56,133 bases of DNA. It comes from a virus. Taxonomy: Duplodnaviria; Caudoviricetes. Location of the stretch: IMG/VR virus record IMGVR_UViG_3300024232_000014, positions 1 through 56,133 of that record. One strand, written 5' to 3'. Below are positions 52,914 through 56,133 of this stretch, piece after piece (within the stretch, counting starts at the first letter, position 1; each line of letters begins with the position of its first letter). The position numbers and the translations under genes were made by a program. The notes under the pieces were generated by a model. That model was not told the DNA's origin. It worked only from the letters and a program-made list of their open reading frames with translations, and made no database searches.

Positions 52914-53107
52914 TCACCTGCGCGGTCCACGAGACGCTGATGGAGCGCGACGAGCCGCGCTGCCGGTGGAAGTGCACCGCGCCTGGCTGCCCGGCATACC
53001 TGGACGACGAGGAGCTGCGCGAGCTGAAGGCGGAGAACCCAGGCGTGACCGCGTTCAACGTCGGCCCGCCTCCGGCGGGGACACTGCGCTCGCGCAGGAT
53101 GAAGTGA
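52910..53107 (+). CDS. small Zn-ribbon protein
   Basis: C..H...M.....W.C....C. Confidence 0.5.
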   Translation: MITCAVHETLMERDEPRCRWKCTAPGCPAYLDDEELRELKAENPGVTAFNVGPPPAGTLRSRRMK

Positions 53108-53176
53108 CTGCCTCCGCCAGCCTTAGCAGCACCGTGCGGGGCTGGCGGAGGTCATTTCTAGTACAGGGAGACGGTA

Positions 53177-53599
53177 ATGATAGGTCCTTTCACCGGCGGT
53201 TACTCGTGGCTTTCGAATTTCTATGAACGACCGTTCGTTATGGGCAACCAGTTCTTCACTTACCTGACGGTTGAGCACTACTACCAGGCGATGAAGGCGG
53301 ACACCGCTGTCGCGGAGTGCTGGATAAGGACGGCTCCCACTCCCGGCGAGGCCAAGAAGCGCGGACGGGGCATTCAGATGCGGCCGGGCTTCGAGCGGGA
53401 CAAGCGGGCGGTCATGCTGCGCGGCCTGATGGGCAAGTTCATGCAGCACGAGGACCTGCGGAGCATGCTCACCGCCACCGGGGACCAGGAGCTGGTCGAG
53501 GTCAATACCTGGGGCGACCGATACTGGGGACGGGTCAGCGGCCAGGGCGAGAACTGGCTCGGCAAGACGCTGATGATGACGAGGGAGCTACTGTCGTGA
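53177..53599 (+). CDS. NADAR (YbiA-like) family protein
   Basis: F...Y.WLSNFY, TVEHYYQA.K, P.EAK..GR, M......KF.Q...L...L..TG...LVE....DRYWG...G.N.LG..LM..R. Confidence 0.9.
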   Translation: MIGPFTGGYSWLSNFYERPFVMGNQFFTYLTVEHYYQAMKADTAVAECWIRTAPTPGEAKKRGRGIQMRPGFERDKRAVMLRGLMGKFMQHEDLRSMLTATGDQELVEVNTWGDRYWGRVSGQGENWLGKTLMMTRELLS

Positions 53600-53718
53600 A
53601 GGGCTTTACCTACCTGGTCGGCCGCGCCTTCTGGCACGTGCGGAAGGTCGACGCCGGTACCTGGTTCCTGCTGCTGTTCTGCGCTTTCTGCATGGTGCTG
53701 GGTGCCGCGCTAGTCTGA
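53596..53718 (+). CDS. small membrane peptide
   Basis: GTGA overlap; C-terminal hydrophobic helix. Confidence 0.5.
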   Translation: MKGFTYLVGRAFWHVRKVDAGTWFLLLFCAFCMVLGAALV

Positions 53719-53740
53719 TGCACATGTTACTGTAGGGGAC

Positions 53741-54001
53741 ATGACACACTCACAAGCAAACCAGTGGCCCGAGTTCCTGGTCGTCTCCGAAGTAGCGGCG
53801 ATTCTCAGGGTCAGCAAGATGACTGTCTACCGCCTGCTGCACAACGGTGACCTGGAGTCCACCCGCGTCGGGCGGTCCTTCCGGGTGAAGAGCCCGAGCC
53901 TGCGCAGCTACATCGCGAACAACCCAGGCGGCACCGGCGGGCCCGATGACGGCGAAGACGACGTGATCGGCCGCGTAGCCAGGGAGATAGCCTCGCGATG
54001 A
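53741..54001 (+). CDS. excisionase-family (HTH_17) DNA-binding protein
   Basis: FL.V.EVA..LRVSKMTVYRL.H.G.L...RVGRSFRV. Confidence 0.85.
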   Translation: MTHSQANQWPEFLVVSEVAAILRVSKMTVYRLLHNGDLESTRVGRSFRVKSPSLRSYIANNPGGTGGPDDGEDDVIGRVAREIASR

Positions 54002-55761
54002 GCGGGCCGCTCGACAACGTGCGCCTCCACCTCGTGGACAGCCTCGCGGCTCTCGACGAGAGCAGGCGCTGGCTCGGGCAGCAGCGCAGCGTCCCGCTGT
54101 TCTTCGACACCGAGTCAGCGGGACTGTCTCCCTACCACGATAAGCTGCGGCTCGTCCAGCTAGGCGACCTGACCGACGGCTGGGCGTTCCCCGAGGGATG
54201 GCACGGGGCCGCTGTCGAGATGCTGCTCGCCTACAAGGGCGAGCTGGGCGCGCACAACCACGGCTACGACTGGCGGGTGCTCAACCGCTGGACGCCGGGC
54301 GGCGTCCGCATTCCCTGGCACAAGACCCACGACACGCTGACCATGGGGCACCTGGTCAACTCGCTGCTGCTCGCGGGCCTGAAGGAGCGCGCGGAGATCG
54401 AGGTCGACCCGAGGGCAGCGCGCGGCCAGGAGGTGATGCGCGAGGGCATGAAGGCCAACCGCTGGACCTGGGGGACCGTGCCTGACCGCTGGGCCCCGTA
54501 CTGGACCTACGGCGCGCTCGACCCGGTGCTTTCGGCGCACCTGTTCACCAAGTTCGCGCCGGCCATTTTCGGGAAGTACCGCGAGGCCTACGACCTGGAG
54601 CGGGCGGTCATCCGGATCTGCTCGGCGATGATGGACAAGGGCATGGCGGTCGATATTCCCTTCATCGAGGGAAAGATCGCCGAGATCAACCGCTTCCACC
54701 ATCAGGCGACCGGCTGGCTGTACGACACGTTCGGCCTGGACACCGTGAACAGCGGGCCCAAGGTGATGGCGATGCTCAACCAGGTAGGAATCCCTACCCA
54801 GGTGCTCACCGAGAGCGGCAACCCGTCCATCTCCAAGGAGGCGCTCAAGTTCTACGCGACCGCCTACCCCGAGCACGCGCACCTGATCAACACCGTGCGG
54901 CTGTGCCGCAAGGCAGGCGACTTGACCGGCAAGTACCTGGGCAAGTTCCTGGATCTCCAGGTCGACGGCATCATGCACTACTCGATCTGGACCTGCCGGG
55001 CCCGAACCTCGCGCATGAGCGTCACCGATCCGCCGATGCAGACCTACGACCGCGACGAGCCGGTAGTGCGCGGCGCGTACATCCCGCGCGAGGGCTTCAA
55101 GCTGGCCAGCATGGACGCTGACCAGGTGGAGATGCGGCTCACCGCGCACTCCAGCCAGGACCCGCAGCTAATCCAGGACTTCTACGACGCCGAGCGCCTC
55201 GGGCAGAGCTTCTTCATCCTGGCGGCCGGGCGAATATTCCGCGAGGAGATCAGCAAGAAGGACCTGCGGTACGCGCGCACCAAGAACGCCAGCTACGGGC
55301 AGGTGTACGGCTCAGGGCTGGAGAAGGCGGCGGCCACGGCAGGCGTCCCGGTGGAGGAGATGCGCGGGCCCTACTACGGCTTCCAGCAGCGCTACCCGCG
55401 CGTCAAGGCGTACATGAATGCCCTGATCAACAAGGGCAAGTACCAGGGCCAGCGGTACGCGAAGATCATCGACGGCCGCCAGCTCCAGGTGCGGCGCGGT
55501 CACGAGTACGCCATCCTCAACACCGAGATCCAGGGCAACGCCGCCGTCATCATGAAGCGGGACATCGTGGCCCTGGACGCGGCGGGCTTCACCCCCTACA
55601 TGTGCCTGCCGGTGCACGACGAGCTGCTGTTCGAGTTCCCTGAGTCCGACGCGCAGCGCATGCTCGACGAGGCCGTGGCCATCTGCACCGACCGTACGGG
55701 TTTCCGGGTGCCGATCACCTGGGCCGGGTCGGTGCTCGACCACCGCTGGGTGAAAACGTAA
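53998..55761 (+). CDS. polA: DNA polymerase, family A (3'-5' exonuclease plus polymerase)
   Basis: Exo DTES, HN..YD, HDT, Y.A.D; T.R.S..DP..Q; motif A DADQVEMR; motif B R...K...YG..YG; motif C PVHDELLF. Confidence 0.93.
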   Translation: MSGPLDNVRLHLVDSLAALDESRRWLGQQRSVPLFFDTESAGLSPYHDKLRLVQLGDLTDGWAFPEGWHGAAVEMLLAYKGELGAHNHGYDWRVLNRWTPGGVRIPWHKTHDTLTMGHLVNSLLLAGLKERAEIEVDPRAARGQEVMREGMKANRWTWGTVPDRWAPYWTYGALDPVLSAHLFTKFAPAIFGKYREAYDLERAVIRICSAMMDKGMAVDIPFIEGKIAEINRFHHQATGWLYDTFGLDTVNSGPKVMAMLNQVGIPTQVLTESGNPSISKEALKFYATAYPEHAHLINTVRLCRKAGDLTGKYLGKFLDLQVDGIMHYSIWTCRARTSRMSVTDPPMQTYDRDEPVVRGAYIPREGFKLASMDADQVEMRLTAHSSQDPQLIQDFYDAERLGQSFFILAAGRIFREEISKKDLRYARTKNASYGQVYGSGLEKAAATAGVPVEEMRGPYYGFQQRYPRVKAYMNALINKGKYQGQRYAKIIDGRQLQVRRGHEYAILNTEIQGNAAVIMKRDIVALDAAGFTPYMCLPVHDELLFEFPESDAQRMLDEAVAICTDRTGFRVPITWAGSVLDHRWVKT

Positions 55762-55801
55762 GAAAACACACAGATACACAAACACGCACAGGGAGACGGT
55801 A

Positions 55802-56133
55802 ATGATCGAACCGGAGAACCTTCCGCAGGCTGTCATGGAAGCGCAGCGGGCCAAGGACCAGGCGTACACCGAGCGCAACCGGCTGGTGGCGGCACTGTCC
55901 AAGCAGTACCCCTCGCACCTGATCTGGCATCAGGACGCGGCCGACTCGCCCGAGCCGTGGGACCCCGAGTGGCGCACCATCGTGTGCGTGCACGGCGGCG
56001 CGGACACCGGGCAGATGACCTGGCACGTGCACGACAGCGAGCGGAGCCTGTTCGCCCACCTGGAGAACGTCGACATCCCCTCTTGCCCCGGCTGGGACGG
56101 GCACACCACCGAGAAGGAGAAGTACGAGCGGCT
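55802..56133 (+). CDS. WDGH-motif phage protein (runs off right edge)
   Basis: AY.ERN.LVA.L, GQMTWH, GWDGHTT.EKYER. Confidence 0.7.
   Translation, partial: MIEPENLPQAVMEAQRAKDQAYTERNRLVAALSKQYPSHLIWHQDAADSPEPWDPEWRTIVCVHGGADTGQMTWHVHDSERSLFAHLENVDIPSCPGWDGHTTEKEKYER

Noticed and set aside
53741-54001. Excisionase as evidence of an integration module
   Set aside because: No integrase or att site in the window; this HTH family is often simply regulatory
55762-55790. CA-rich run as a microsatellite or telomere-like repeat
   Set aside because: Short and imperfect; more simply an unstructured leader before the RBS

Overview
The window is a large, high-GC segment of a tailed dsDNA actinobacteriophage (siphovirus-type) genome, cut off at both ends; no integrase is visible. 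From about 29 kb leftwards on the minus strand is the virion operon: small terminase, a DUF2829/Tad2-like gene, large terminase, Mu gp29-like portal, three small genes (two membrane, one holin-like), a MuF-like protein, about 9 kb of unusual head-associated ORFs, Mu gpI-like protease/scaffold, decoration protein, major capsid, head-tail and tail genes, chaperone, tape measure and minor tail genes. From 29 to 51 kb, mostly on the minus strand, is an accessory and replication region with many small ORFs, secreted proteins (collagen-like, Rpf-like, ricin-like), an amidase on the plus strand, Prim-Pol, a D5/P4-type helicase and a TOPRIM protein. From 51 to 56 kb on the plus strand are a permuted NlpC/P60 protein, NADAR, an excisionase-type HTH, DNA polymerase A and a WDGH protein. 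Main findings: (1) the head-region ORFs look like polyproteins, with modules delimited by a repeated [LYHAM][SA]N-x(5-7)-[VI][ED]L[ASG] motif that also occurs in the protease/scaffold and is often followed by R-x3-G-x-W/F, suggesting protease-processed, capsid-packaged cargo; (2) a CCCAAAA plus hairpin -1 frameshift in that region; (3) a 99-aa KcsA-like channel with an altered filter (TTVGC-D); (4) an enlarged tRNA-like RNA in a structured intergenic region; (5) SigR/SigH-type promoters; (6) anti-defence candidates Tad2 and NADAR. All assignments come from motif recognition by eye; no searches were run.
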